Of a stretch of DNA of 64,000 nucleotides, positions 42,498 through 52,642 are shown one piece after another (positions within the stretch are counted from its first letter, which is position 1; every line of letters begins with the position of its first letter). Source of the DNA: Alphaproteobacteria bacterium. GTDB lineage: Bacteria; Pseudomonadota; Alphaproteobacteria; M2410. Location: assembly GCA_006226415.1 (NCBI GenBank), contig SBGZ01000061.1, positions 7,341 through 71,340 of the forward strand, given 5' to 3'. The notes under the pieces were generated by a model. It did not search any database, was not told where the DNA came from, and was given only the letters and a program-made list of their open reading frames with translations. The translations under genes and the position numbers were made by a program.

Positions 42498-42881
42498 CTA
42501 ATCGCGTCCGGCAAATTTGAAAATCTGAAACGCGAAGATGATGTAGCCGACCAGGACAATCGGTTCGGTAATCATGAAGATGGGCTCTGCAGCTTCTGGG
42601 GTTGTGGCCCCTTTGACCAACAGAAAAAGATTGATCAGGATGATCGGCACCATGGTCTGATGAATCCAGAAATGTATTTTTGGCAGGATGCCATCCTGCA
42701 TTTTTGGAAACAGGTGGTAGGCAAAGCCAAATACCGCCATGGAAACAAAACCCAGAAGATTGATATGGGCATGTGTTGGCGCCTGTGAATGGTCGCCCGA
42801 TGCGCCCATGTGGATCCCAAGCGCAACGCCGACAACGATATAAAGTGAGGCCATCACCAAAAACGCGCGACCAATATTCAT
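42498..42881 (-). CDS. small His-rich 4-TM membrane protein of unknown function next to copAB
   Basis: A strong SD (GGGGGAG) precedes ATG 42881. Conserved-looking His residues lie at helix ends (IHMGASGDHSQAPTHAHINLLGF, HLFP, HFWIHQ). Confidence 0.55.
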   Translation of the reverse strand: MNIGRAFLVMASLYIVVGVALGIHMGASGDHSQAPTHAHINLLGFVSMAVFGFAYHLFPKMQDGILPKIHFWIHQTMVPIILINLFLLVKGATTPEAAEPIFMITEPIVLVGYIIFAFQIFKFAGRD

Positions 42882-43141
42882 AACTTCTCCCCCTTTTGTG
42901 ATCGAGAATGATTCGCAGTTGAACTTTGATACTGGCGACATCGAAATTCAAGATGTTTTCTGGGCCTTAAATCAGGACACGAACTATCGCCTGGAATATG
43001 TAAAATTTCCCGCGCCCTGATGACAGGGACCGAAGGTCGCAAAAAAGTGCGGTATTTTGAGACGTGAGCTTCTAATAGACGTGGCCAGATATTATATGGG
43101 CATGTTATCAGTTCATAACGCGTCCTGACAAAACGTCATCT

Positions 43142-44947
43142 TTGATCATGGGAAAGAACGTGCGTTCTCTCATTTCTTTTGTTGCCCCTATCTGGTTGGT
43201 TGCGGCCCTGGCCTTATGGTTGCCTGTCAACGCACCCATGGCCGCGGCGGCTGAGATTCCATCTTGTGCGGCCGGACTGCGCTTTGAAAGCGCCGTACCA
43301 GAGGTTCATTGTCAGGCCATGAAAGAAATCTTAGCGGCCTCGCCACTGAACCCCGGTGACTCCCTTCTTATTCGTGGGTCCAAGGCCAAAGAAATGTCAG
43401 CGCGATTGCAGGCCTATCTGGTCGGGGAAGGTTATTATGAGGCGCAAGTCCATGCGCATTACTCAGATGCCCGGCGCAGCGAGTTTGTCTTTGTGGTGGG
43501 GGCACAGGATCGATACCGGATTACCGGTTACAAAGCGGTCTATGTCGGCGATCCTGCGCAAGAGGCTTTGCCCCAGCCCGGAGATTTGTTTGAGGATCTC
43601 ACGCCATCGCCTGTGGCCCGTGATATTGTCGCTGTTCAGGCGCGCATGCTGACCTATCTCCACAATAACGGGCATCCCTTTGCTCTGCTTGATGAAAGAT
43701 ATTTGGAGGCTCACCAGGAAAGTCAAAGCGCGCAAGTGATCTTTCAGATTAACCCGGGCGCATCTTGTGTTTACGGCCCAGTGGAGGTGCAAGGGCTCGA
43801 CCGGGTTGAACGCTCCTATGTGCAAAACCTTTTGACCTTAAAGCCCGGTACGGCTTGTTCGCGGGAAGGGATAGCCGCGCAAAAGTCCAAACTGGGAGGT
43901 ACCGGACTTTTTTCCTATGCCGACGTCAAGTTGGTTCCGGAAGAAGCGGATGGATCCCATGTCCCGGTCTTAATTACGGTCAATGAAGGCCCGCCGCGAA
44001 CCCTGCGCATTGGTCTTTCCTATGAGACAAACACGGGTCTTGGGTCAAAGGTCAGCTGGACGCACCGCAATCTTTTTGGCCGCGGCGAAAAGCTTGAGGC
44101 CGTGGTTAAGTTACGGGAAGTCTCGCAGTCCGTGGCGGTGGATTTCCGAAAATTCTACCCGAAGCGCAACACCACTTTGTTTGGCGGTTTCGATGTGGTC
44201 CAGGACCGCCTGGATGCCTATGACGCGACGCAGGTTTCCACACACCTTGGGTATGACCGGCCGTTTCTGAAAAACTGGCGGCTCAACTATGCGCTCTATC
44301 TGCATTATGTGGAGGTGGAAACCGACGGTGTGACAGACAAGGGTGTGGAGCTTTCCTTGCCGACCCGTCTGCAACGCGCCAAGGTTGATAATGCATTGTC
44401 GCCCCTTGCCGGTTACAGGATCAGTTTTAAAGTCGAGCCTGTGCGCTCAGCTGTCGGCGATGGCCTCACCTTTGTGCAAATGCAGTCTCGTGGATCGTTG
44501 TACTATCCCCTTGATGACGACAAAAAATATTCTCTGGCTCTCTGGAGCCATGTCGGGGGCACCTTTGGCGGGAGCTTTGAGGATATTCCGTCAACACGCC
44601 TCTTTTATGGTGGGGGGTTGCAATCGGTTCGGGCAATTGAATACGAACGGCTTGGCACGATTGACGCCAATAATGTACCGGTGGGGGGGCGATCCATTTT
44701 TGAGGGCGGCATGGAGCTGCGCTCGCAAATCAATAAAAACTGGAGCGTGGTGACCTTTGTGGAAGCCGGTCGCAGCTTTGCCGCGGAAGTGCCGGACTTT
44801 AAAGAAGACCTTCTGGCGGGCGGCGGGATTGGGCTGCGCTATGGGACGCCTGTGGGGCCGCTGCGCATGGATCTGGCTGTTCCCTTTGATCCACGGCCAT
44901 CGGATGCGGAGCTGCAGTTTTATATCGGCATTGGGCAGGCATTTTGA
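43142..44947 (+). CDS. tamA: Omp85-family outer-membrane protein TamA (translocation and assembly module)
   Basis: A signal peptide, POTRA-like region and C-terminal surface-antigen barrel ending in GQAF are present. It overlaps the downstream tamB-like gene by 4 nt. Confidence 0.8.
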   Translation: MIMGKNVRSLISFVAPIWLVAALALWLPVNAPMAAAAEIPSCAAGLRFESAVPEVHCQAMKEILAASPLNPGDSLLIRGSKAKEMSARLQAYLVGEGYYEAQVHAHYSDARRSEFVFVVGAQDRYRITGYKAVYVGDPAQEALPQPGDLFEDLTPSPVARDIVAVQARMLTYLHNNGHPFALLDERYLEAHQESQSAQVIFQINPGASCVYGPVEVQGLDRVERSYVQNLLTLKPGTACSREGIAAQKSKLGGTGLFSYADVKLVPEEADGSHVPVLITVNEGPPRTLRIGLSYETNTGLGSKVSWTHRNLFGRGEKLEAVVKLREVSQSVAVDFRKFYPKRNTTLFGGFDVVQDRLDAYDATQVSTHLGYDRPFLKNWRLNYALYLHYVEVETDGVTDKGVELSLPTRLQRAKVDNALSPLAGYRISFKVEPVRSAVGDGLTFVQMQSRGSLYYPLDDDKKYSLALWSHVGGTFGGSFEDIPSTRLFYGGGLQSVRAIEYERLGTIDANNVPVGGRSIFEGGMELRSQINKNWSVVTFVEAGRSFAAEVPDFKEDLLAGGGIGLRYGTPVGPLRMDLAVPFDPRPSDAELQFYIGIGQAF

Positions 44948-47900
44948 TGAGACCCTGGCAAAAGAAACTCTTGATCGCCGGTGCCACGCTCGTGGGGGCG
45001 GGCAGTCTGCTGATCGCCGCGTTGCAATTGCCCTCTGTGCAGCAGCGTATTCTCGACAAAGCATTGCATGTGGCGGCTCAGCAGACAGATACGCATATTC
45101 GCCTGGAAGGCACTCATGGGTTCTTTCCCTGGACCTTGCAAGCGGACCGCCTTCGTGTCGCTCAAGCCGATCACGAGCTCCTTGACGTCAGCGGACTCGT
45201 CGTGCGTTGGTCACCCATGTCGCTGCTGCGCAAACAGATCATCATCGATGAGGTGCGCATGGGGGCGGCATCGTTCTGGCAACCCCTTGAGACTATGACC
45301 GATGATCCTGAGGCGGTAACGGTCCCGGACTTAAGTGCCTTTCCTTCGTTGCGGGTCACTAACTTTCAGATTGAGCGCCTGGCCTTTCATGCGCCCAATG
45401 CAAGGGCGCAACATTTCAAATTCCTGGGCGGGTTTGAACTCATGCCGAACGGTCAGGTGTTGCGGTTTGATCTGACGGACCTCGACACAGGGGCAGAGCG
45501 TATACAGCTTGTTCTCGATCACAGCCTTGAGGCGGATCGGCTTGACCTGAGCGCGGATATCGATGTGACGGACCAGGGGGTCCTTGGGGGTCTCCTTGGT
45601 TCTTTGGATGCGCCGCGCGGCAAGGCAAAACTGGTTGGCTCAGGCCCTGCCTCCAATTGGCAGGGGCATCTTAGTTTCGAGATGGGAACGGCGCTCGGCG
45701 CTGATCTGGATTTGACCTGCGCCTGCAATCGAACCTGGAGCTTTTCATTAAAGGGTTCAGCCCAAGGAACTGCTCTTGCGGCCTTGGACCAGGCCCTTGG
45801 CAACGAGGCGCCGCTTGATTTGGGTCTTGTCTTGGCGGGTGAGGGGCTTTCGCCGCAGCTCACCTTGAAGGACCTTCAAATCACCAAGGGTGATTTTAAG
45901 GCATCTGCTGGGGCGGAGATTGATTTTGCACCGGAAGCAGGGGCTGTCTTAACGTTTGATCTTACTGCTTTGATCAAAGAAATCGGCCGCGAAGAGTTGC
46001 AAGCCTATCTGCCCTTGCGGATTTCGGCGGAGGGAACCTACGGTCAAGACGGAGGGCTCATCCTTCCGCGACTTGCCGCAGAAACCGATTTTGGCCAAGC
46101 GGTGCTGGCCGACTTTACCCGGGCGCGCGATGGTGCGATGGCGGGCAGGCTTCAGGCAGAAGTGATCAGTGATCAACTCCCCAATGTGGATTTGGCAGCA
46201 CTTGAACTTGGGTCCGTTTCTTTGTCTGGTGACCTGGCGTTTTCGCCCGCTCAGATTTTTACGCTTAGCAAGGGGCGCTTTGTTGCAGACGCGCGCGCTC
46301 TTGAGGGTCAAGTTGACGCGGTCTTTGACATTCCCTCTGAGACACTGCACCTTGAGAGCGCTGCGACGGTCCAGCAAGCGATCACCGTACAGGGGCGATC
46401 TGTTGAACTGCAGGGGGCCGTGCGTCTGACCGCAAACGCGTCTGAATTTACCCAGAGCGGCCAGCTCGCGCTCCAGCTTGAGCTTCCCGCTCTTTTGCTG
46501 GACCATGAAAATGTACCGCCGCTCCATCTGGACGCGTCTGTTGAAGGGATTGCCTCTCCTCAGCTGGTGCAAGTGGCATTGACGTCAGAAGGCTCGACCC
46601 CCTGGCTGTCGGAACTTGATTTGACGCTCCAGTGGCAGGCCAATGCCGCCTCGGCGTGTTCGGGGGAGTTAAGGCTTCATGTGCGCGGCCTGGATATGAG
46701 CGGCGATGCTCAGGGCTGCTTGATCGCCAGCAATCCTTTTGCCGGGGGCACAGCGGCGCTGCAAGGACAATCTCTGCGATGGCTGGAGACATCGGCAGGT
46801 GAAGTCTCGGCAAATTTAGATTGGTCGCTACATGATGCAGATCGCTTTGTCGGCTCTGCTTCCGGGGCGGGGAAGGATCTCAACCTCGGCGGCTTGCTTG
46901 TGCCGGAAGCGCAAATGTCTGTGCAGGCCTCTCGGGTGGGTGAGACCCTGGCGGTAAAAGTTGAAACCTTTGAGGTGTCGCTGCGCGAGGCGGACTATAG
47001 CCTGGCGGCCCCTTTCGATCTGACCTGGGCGGCTGGCGCGATCGATCTTACAGATGTGCGTCTTAACAGCGAGAGCGAAGAGTTTGGGGCCGGGTCCCTG
47101 ACGATTTCCGACCTTCGGGTGGGTGAAGAGATTTCTGCCGCCGCGGCCTTTGACAATCTGCCCTTGGTGGCCATACCGGCAAAGCTGGATGGATCGGCGC
47201 GGCTTTCTTTATCGGCGCGCCAGGTGGAGGGCGATGTTGCTCTTGCTCTGACCTCTCGTCTTGACGGCGTGCCGCCGACAAAGATCTTTCTGAAGAGCGA
47301 TTGGCGCGATGGGCGTATCGCGGGCGGGGCCGATATCTCGTTCGGCAGTGAAGAAGCGGCGCCCTCGCGGGTTGCGCATTGGCATATTCCGCTTGAGGTC
47401 TCGCGCGGCGCCAGGGGCTGGACTGCCCAGGTGGGGCAGGCCTCGGCAGAGTTTGAATATGATGGCCCGATTGATCCATTGATTGCGCTTTTGCCGATCT
47501 ATGCGCACGAGGTCAGCGGACATTTGGTTTTAGAGGGCGATCTGCAAGTGAGATCGGATGGGCCGTACTGGCAGGGCTCGGCCGTTTTGTCGGAGGCGAG
47601 TTACGCCTATGCGCGCGGCGGGGTGGCGCTCGACCGGATCTCGGCGACCGCGACTGCCTCCGGACAAGGCATGAAGATGTCGGGGGCCGTCGATCTGGTT
47701 CAGAAAGGGCCTGCGGCCGACGGCGATGGGTCAGACGAGGTAGCGGCCCAGTTGATTGGCAAAGGGACGTTTGATTTTTCTTCTTTTGAGAGTTGGAAGA
47801 CAGCCATAGATCTTCAATTAAATGACAGCCCTTTGTTGCACCATGCCTCTTATCAGGGGCGTGCGAGCGGCGATCTGACTTTGCAGGCCAGTCCGGCAGC

Positions 47901-48780
47901 TGCGACGCTTAAAGGAGATATCCTTTTTGATACGCTGGACATTCAAATACCGCCACCGGGCCCAGCCGAAGTGATCCCGCTTAAGATCGTGCCGGTGGAT
48001 GCCAATGGGGTCCCGCTTCCGACGCGGGAAACCCGCAAGAGCACCACCTGGTTGCCGGGGCTTGATCTGGACGTGACCCTGGAGGCGAAAAACCGGCTGA
48101 TGCTGACAGGGCGCGGCATCAACACAGAATGGCAGGCCAAGGGCGCGCTCAAAGGTCCCGCTTCGGCGGCGGCGGTTTCGGGATCCATGGAGGCCTTGCG
48201 CGGAACCATTGAATTTGGCGGCCGCGTCTTTGAGATTGAGCGCGGTGCCTTTGACCTTGTTAATGGCGACCTGGACGGCGCGCAGATCGACCTTCAGGCG
48301 AGCTATGGGGCGCCTGGTGGCACGACGGCGCGTATTCTGGTGGGCGGAACTGTCGGCACACCCAAGATCAGCTTTGCCTCCACACCGCCCTTGCCGGAAG
48401 AAGAGATCGTTGCCCTTGTTCTCTTTGGTAAGCCGCTTGCTCAACTGGGGCCTCTTGAAGTTCTGCGCACCGGAACCGCCGTGGCGCAAATTTCCGGGCG
48501 TGCTGGCGGTTATGACGGCGGTCTGGTGACCCGGATGCGCCGGTCGCTGGGGATTGATTATCTGTCGATCGATCCGACAGGCGGCGGCGGCGAGACACCG
48601 GTCGTTACCGCTGGCAAATATATTGGCAAGGGGGTCTTCCTTAAGGTCATCCAGGGGCTTGGGGATTTTACCGGTGCGCTCAGCGTTGAATATGCGGTGA
48701 CCGATGAGATCACCCTGTCGACGGAGGTCAATGAAGTCTTTCAGTCGGAAGCCGCGATTGAGTGGAAGCGGGACTACTGA
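44944..48780 (+). CDS. tamB: translocation and assembly module protein TamB (DUF490)
   Basis: The 1278-aa product has an N-terminal anchor, a long beta-rich repetitive body and a DUF490-like C-terminus. It is paired with tamA. Confidence 0.8.
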   Translation: MMRPWQKKLLIAGATLVGAGSLLIAALQLPSVQQRILDKALHVAAQQTDTHIRLEGTHGFFPWTLQADRLRVAQADHELLDVSGLVVRWSPMSLLRKQIIIDEVRMGAASFWQPLETMTDDPEAVTVPDLSAFPSLRVTNFQIERLAFHAPNARAQHFKFLGGFELMPNGQVLRFDLTDLDTGAERIQLVLDHSLEADRLDLSADIDVTDQGVLGGLLGSLDAPRGKAKLVGSGPASNWQGHLSFEMGTALGADLDLTCACNRTWSFSLKGSAQGTALAALDQALGNEAPLDLGLVLAGEGLSPQLTLKDLQITKGDFKASAGAEIDFAPEAGAVLTFDLTALIKEIGREELQAYLPLRISAEGTYGQDGGLILPRLAAETDFGQAVLADFTRARDGAMAGRLQAEVISDQLPNVDLAALELGSVSLSGDLAFSPAQIFTLSKGRFVADARALEGQVDAVFDIPSETLHLESAATVQQAITVQGRSVELQGAVRLTANASEFTQSGQLALQLELPALLLDHENVPPLHLDASVEGIASPQLVQVALTSEGSTPWLSELDLTLQWQANAASACSGELRLHVRGLDMSGDAQGCLIASNPFAGGTAALQGQSLRWLETSAGEVSANLDWSLHDADRFVGSASGAGKDLNLGGLLVPEAQMSVQASRVGETLAVKVETFEVSLREADYSLAAPFDLTWAAGAIDLTDVRLNSESEEFGAGSLTISDLRVGEEISAAAAFDNLPLVAIPAKLDGSARLSLSARQVEGDVALALTSRLDGVPPTKIFLKSDWRDGRIAGGADISFGSEEAAPSRVAHWHIPLEVSRGARGWTAQVGQASAEFEYDGPIDPLIALLPIYAHEVSGHLVLEGDLQVRSDGPYWQGSAVLSEASYAYARGGVALDRISATATASGQGMKMSGAVDLVQKGPAADGDGSDEVAAQLIGKGTFDFSSFESWKTAIDLQLNDSPLLHHASYQGRASGDLTLQASPAAATLKGDILFDTLDIQIPPPGPAEVIPLKIVPVDANGVPLPTRETRKSTTWLPGLDLDVTLEAKNRLMLTGRGINTEWQAKGALKGPASAAAVSGSMEALRGTIEFGGRVFEIERGAFDLVNGDLDGAQIDLQASYGAPGGTTARILVGGTVGTPKISFASTPPLPEEEIVALVLFGKPLAQLGPLEVLRTGTAVAQISGRAGGYDGGLVTRMRRSLGIDYLSIDPTGGGGETPVVTAGKYIGKGVFLKVIQGLGDFTGALSVEYAVTDEITLSTEVNEVFQSEAAIEWKRDY

Positions 48781-48907
48781 CGCTTGTTTCTTGCGTCAGG
48801 GGCCTCAAGATATTTGATTGACCTTAGGGCCTGTTTGGCTTGATAAAAGTCTCGGTGATCCCGTCCCTTAAGGGGCGCGTGTATCGACAAACAGTAAGAC
48901 ACCCTCG

Positions 48908-49774
48908 ATGGACATTGAATTTGCCAGAACCTTTTTAGCTGTTATCGAAACCGGTAGCTTTCTGAAGGCGGCCGAGAAGGTCCATGCGACCCAGTCGACG
49001 GTCAGTATGCGCATCAAGGGGATTGAAGAGCGTCTCGGGCAGGCTTTGTTTGAGAGACGTAAGACGGGGGTGATCCTCACGCCAGCGGGCGCAAAGTTTC
49101 AGAGGCATGCCTTGCAACTGGTTCGGGTTTGGGATCAAGCCCGACGGGATGCCAGCTTGCCGGAGGGCATTCGTTCGACCCTTGCGATTGGGGGCCAGTA
49201 CAGTCTGTGGGACGGGTTTTTACTCAACTGGCTCGCCGAGATGCGGCAGCGGCACCCAGATTTTGGTATCGAGGCGCGGTTTTCGCCGGCCGCTCAGCTG
49301 ATGGATATGTTGGCTTTGGGCATGCTGGATATCGCGGTTATGTATTCGCCGCAGGTCCGGCCTGGCTTTCAGGCGCAATATCTTTTTGACGAGGAACTGG
49401 TGCTTGTATCCAGTGCGTCAGACGCGGGTGTCTTTCACCCAGATGGCTATATACAGATGGACTGGGGACAAAGCTTTCAGGCTGAGCTTGATTTGGCGAT
49501 GCCTTTGGACGATGCCCCGATATTGAAATTTGATCTGGGATCGCTCGGGTTGCGTTATCTGCTCGACAATCCGTCCTCAGGATATCTCCCTCGGCGAATC
49601 GTGGCGTCCTATCTGGAGAGCGGAAGGCTGCGTCAGATAAAGGGGTCGCCGGAATTTTCCTATTCTGCCTACGCTGTTTATGGCAAAGATTCTGATCGTA
49701 GAGCTGTTGAGGCGGCGCGCGCCCAACTCGTCGAAGTGGCCCAAAGGTTTGAATCTCGCAAAGGAGCGCCATGA
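48908..49774 (+). CDS. LysR-family transcriptional regulator
   Basis: The N-terminal HTH reads FLAVIETGSFLKAAEKVHATQSTVSMRIKGIEERLG. A substrate-binding domain follows. Confidence 0.9.
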   Translation: MDIEFARTFLAVIETGSFLKAAEKVHATQSTVSMRIKGIEERLGQALFERRKTGVILTPAGAKFQRHALQLVRVWDQARRDASLPEGIRSTLAIGGQYSLWDGFLLNWLAEMRQRHPDFGIEARFSPAAQLMDMLALGMLDIAVMYSPQVRPGFQAQYLFDEELVLVSSASDAGVFHPDGYIQMDWGQSFQAELDLAMPLDDAPILKFDLGSLGLRYLLDNPSSGYLPRRIVASYLESGRLRQIKGSPEFSYSAYAVYGKDSDRRAVEAARAQLVEVAQRFESRKGAP

Positions 49775-50496
49775 TTCAGAATCCGCAATCAGATGGATTT
49801 GGCTTCAAGCCCGGCTATGTGCTTGCGGGCAAGTACAAAGTTTTGGCGCGCCTTGGGTCCGGGATCGAGGGTGAGGTTTACCAGATTGAGGAAGAGCTTA
49901 CCAAGCTAACCCGCGCCGTGAAGCTCTTTTACCCGGCCCAGGAAGCAAAGCCCCGCGCGGTGGTGCGCTATGCGAAAATGCTGGAGCAGCTGCGCGACTG
50001 CCCTTCAGTCATTCGCTACCATTCGATTGAGAAGATCCGGTGGCGCCGGCAGCAGGTCTTTATGCTGGTGAGTGAATATACCAGCGGCCTGCTTCTGTCG
50101 GATCTGATCCAGGACGCGCGTGGCAAACGGCTGCCGGTCTTTGAGGCGCTTGCCATTGTCTATGAGGTCACCAAGGCCTTGCAGGAAATCCACAAGCGGC
50201 GGCTTTATCATGGCGATCTGCACTCGGGAAATGTTCTCGTTCAGCGGCGCGGGGTCCACTTCGATATCAAGATCGTTGATTTCTATGACAGGGGACCGTC
50301 GACGCTGAGCGAGCGGCAGGAAGATGTGGTTGATCTGGTGCGTCTGCTCTTTGAGATGCTGGGTGAGCGCAAGCATTACCAACAACTTCCACCTCAGGTC
50401 CGGGCGATCATTCTTGGGCCGCGGCGGGATCGCATTCTGGCGAAATTTCCGACGGTGACCAAATTGCGCGATCATCTGGATCAATTTTCCTGGTAA
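49771..50496 (+). CDS. minimal protein-kinase-like (PKL) domain protein
   Basis: It has a G-loop (LGSGIEGEVY), a Lys in AVKLF, a catalytic loop (HGDLHSGNVLV) and KIVDFY in place of DFG. Its start overlaps the lysR stop (ATGA). Confidence 0.7.
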   Translation: MIQNPQSDGFGFKPGYVLAGKYKVLARLGSGIEGEVYQIEEELTKLTRAVKLFYPAQEAKPRAVVRYAKMLEQLRDCPSVIRYHSIEKIRWRRQQVFMLVSEYTSGLLLSDLIQDARGKRLPVFEALAIVYEVTKALQEIHKRRLYHGDLHSGNVLVQRRGVHFDIKIVDFYDRGPSTLSERQEDVVDLVRLLFEMLGERKHYQQLPPQVRAIILGPRRDRILAKFPTVTKLRDHLDQFSW

Positions 50497-50683
50497 GGCC
50501 GCTCTGATATCGAAAAGTCCGATAACAGGTATATGAGAAATTCGATATACAGAGGACATTGTCCGATGGTCTCATTTAGCGCATGAGGTCGGAGTTCCTG
50601 GGCTTGCGTTTGGGAGCTGAGCGTTATCGAGCCAGATCTTTTCGGGCCTCAAGGAAAGCGGCTCAACATGGCTGAGGGCAAAA

Positions 50684-51055
50684 TTGGCTCGCATCACAGT
50701 CGAGGACTGTATTCCTCATATTCCTAATCGATTTGATCTTGTCTTGCTGGCTGCGGAAAGGGCGCGCCAAATCGAACGGCCATCGCCGGGCTCGACTTCA
50801 GAACCGGCCCCAGAACCCAAAACTGTCACCGCCCTTCGGGAATTGGAAACAGGTCTTTGGAACCCCGCGGATATGTCTGAGGGCCTTGTGCGCCGCATGA
50901 TGCGTGCGCCCGTGCCCGACGAGGATTTACCGGAAATGGTTGATGCCATGGCTTTGGCATCTGAAGAAGCCTTTTTGAGAGAAAATCTCGCTTCCATTCG
51001 TGCCGGCGAGATGCGGAGACGCAAGTTGGCGACGGGATTTGATGGGGACTGGTAA
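50684..51055 (+). CDS. rpoZ: DNA-directed RNA polymerase subunit omega
   Basis: The canonical N-terminus MARITVEDCIPHIPNRFDLVLLAAERARQI is present. The start codon is TTG. Confidence 0.9.
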   Translation: MARITVEDCIPHIPNRFDLVLLAAERARQIERPSPGSTSEPAPEPKTVTALRELETGLWNPADMSEGLVRRMMRAPVPDEDLPEMVDAMALASEEAFLRENLASIRAGEMRRRKLATGFDGDW

Positions 51056-51088
51056 AAGAGCGTTGATCCAGGTGTTAGGTGATTGAAA

Positions 51089-51271
51089 ATGGAAAAATCT
51101 AAAACGGGTTACCACGAAAAATTCGAAACTTCGGAAATGACCAAGCAACCGCCTCGTCAGTCTATTGGCGACGAGGCGTGGGATGTGCCCAAGTCCAGTC
51201 GCTACGAAAACCGCATGAAGTTTAAGAAACGCGATGCCCGTCGCGGCGCCTGGGACGACGACGAAGACTGA
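51089..51271 (+). CDS. small, highly charged hypothetical protein (60 aa)
   Basis: An aggtg SD lies 8 nt before ATG 51089. No family is recognised, and coding status is uncertain. Confidence 0.3.
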   Translation: MEKSKTGYHEKFETSEMTKQPPRQSIGDEAWDVPKSSRYENRMKFKKRDARRGAWDDDED

Positions 51272-51275
51272 GTGG

Positions 51276-51932
51276 TTATACGGGCCCTTTGATCGACTTT
51301 TGCGCCAGGTAGAACACCAGGGCAAGGGTCACTAGGATCTGTCCTAGAATCAGGACCGGAAACAAGCTCACTTCAAAAGCAGATCCCAAATTCCAAGCGC
51401 GCGGCAGATAGCTGGGCGCGGCGAGGACAAACGACAGGATAAAGACCGCGAGGAGCGCGCGGCTGCCCCCGAATATCCGCCAGCAAATCAATCCATAAGC
51501 GGTCTCAAAGAGAAGCTCGGGGAAGGGAAGCGCGGCGATAAAATTGGTGCCGTATTTGGCATTGCCGATAAAGGGGGCAAGGGCGATGTCTGGCTCATGA
51601 ACCGCGATATCAAGCAGGATATGTGAGAAAACGGCGGCCGCCAGCGCTGCGGCCACGCGAGCGGAGCCTTTCCGCCAGAGGGCAAACATCGCCAGGAGGG
51701 CCGCACATAGGATCGTTCCCACAATCGAATGTGAATAGGGCATATGGGTCAGATGCATATCAGTGATATGTGTGCCCGGCGCGTCCAGCGTGACAAATTC
51801 CACCCCAACTAGATTTAGGCCGACCCAGATAAATTCAATCGCCTCAGTGGCGAGTAGTAAGGGCAACAAAGGCGCTTCTGGAACCGTCTTCTTGACGACC
51901 AGGGCTGTTGCCAGGTGGTTGATGGCTTGCAT
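51276..51932 (-). CDS. polytopic membrane protein, possibly a YdjM/DUF457-like membrane-bound metal-dependent hydrolase
   Basis: His-containing motifs at membrane interfaces (MPYSHSIVG, FSHILLDIAVHEPD) are reminiscent of the DUF457 family. Confidence 0.45.
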   Translation of the reverse strand: MQAINHLATALVVKKTVPEAPLLPLLLATEAIEFIWVGLNLVGVEFVTLDAPGTHITDMHLTHMPYSHSIVGTILCAALLAMFALWRKGSARVAAALAAAVFSHILLDIAVHEPDIALAPFIGNAKYGTNFIAALPFPELLFETAYGLICWRIFGGSRALLAVFILSFVLAAPSYLPRAWNLGSAFEVSLFPVLILGQILVTLALVFYLAQKSIKGPV

Positions 51933-51982
51933 GATGGGTTCCTTTCGAGGGTTAGCAATTGCTCACCTTTGCGGCAAAAAAA

Positions 51983-52579
51983 TTATCTCAGCGCGGCGCT
52001 TAACAAACGAAACAAGTCGGAAGTCAGACGTGTTGCAGGCCCCTCTGTGGCGCCCAGATAGAGTTGACGTGTCAGTTGAGTGACGGTTCCTGTGACCAGG
52101 GCGATTTGAAGCTCTAATGAATGGTCGCGTGAGACAGCTCTCTCTCGCCTTCCTTTCATAAGCAATTCCCGGGTCAGGGTAATCACGGTTCGCTTTTTCA
52201 TGGCGGCGGGCATATGCGGCCAAAAATCCGGCAGATAGTTCGCCAGAAAAATGGTTGCTTCAGGTGCCTCGTCATAGAGACGGGCGAGGGTGCGCAGATA
52301 TTCGCGCAGGCTCTGGTCAAAATCTTTACGGTCTTTGAGGGCCGTGTTGAGACGCGAAAATTGTTCCCGATAGCAAAGCGCGAACAGATACTGAGCGAGG
52401 GCTTCTTTTGAGGGGAAGTGCTTGTAAAGCGCGGGATTGGAATAGCCTGTAGCAGCGGCAATGTCCCGGACCGTCGTTTCAGATAAGCCCTTGCTGGCAA
52501 ACAGACGCAAACCCTCGGCCAATATCCGCTGTTTGGCAGGCGGATCGTTGGGGTCAATGTAAAAGGGCGTCGTTGTCAT
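51983..52579 (-). CDS. TetR/AcrR-family transcriptional regulator
   Basis: The HTH region reads TTVRDIAAATGYSNPALYKHFPSKEAL. Confidence 0.85.
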   Translation of the reverse strand: MTTTPFYIDPNDPPAKQRILAEGLRLFASKGLSETTVRDIAAATGYSNPALYKHFPSKEALAQYLFALCYREQFSRLNTALKDRKDFDQSLREYLRTLARLYDEAPEATIFLANYLPDFWPHMPAAMKKRTVITLTRELLMKGRRERAVSRDHSLELQIALVTGTVTQLTRQLYLGATEGPATRLTSDLFRLLSAALR

Positions 52580-52642
52580 ACCGCAAGGTAAGCATTTGCT
52601 AACTGGCCTGTCAATTCAGCAAGGCAGTAAATTGTTCGTTCG

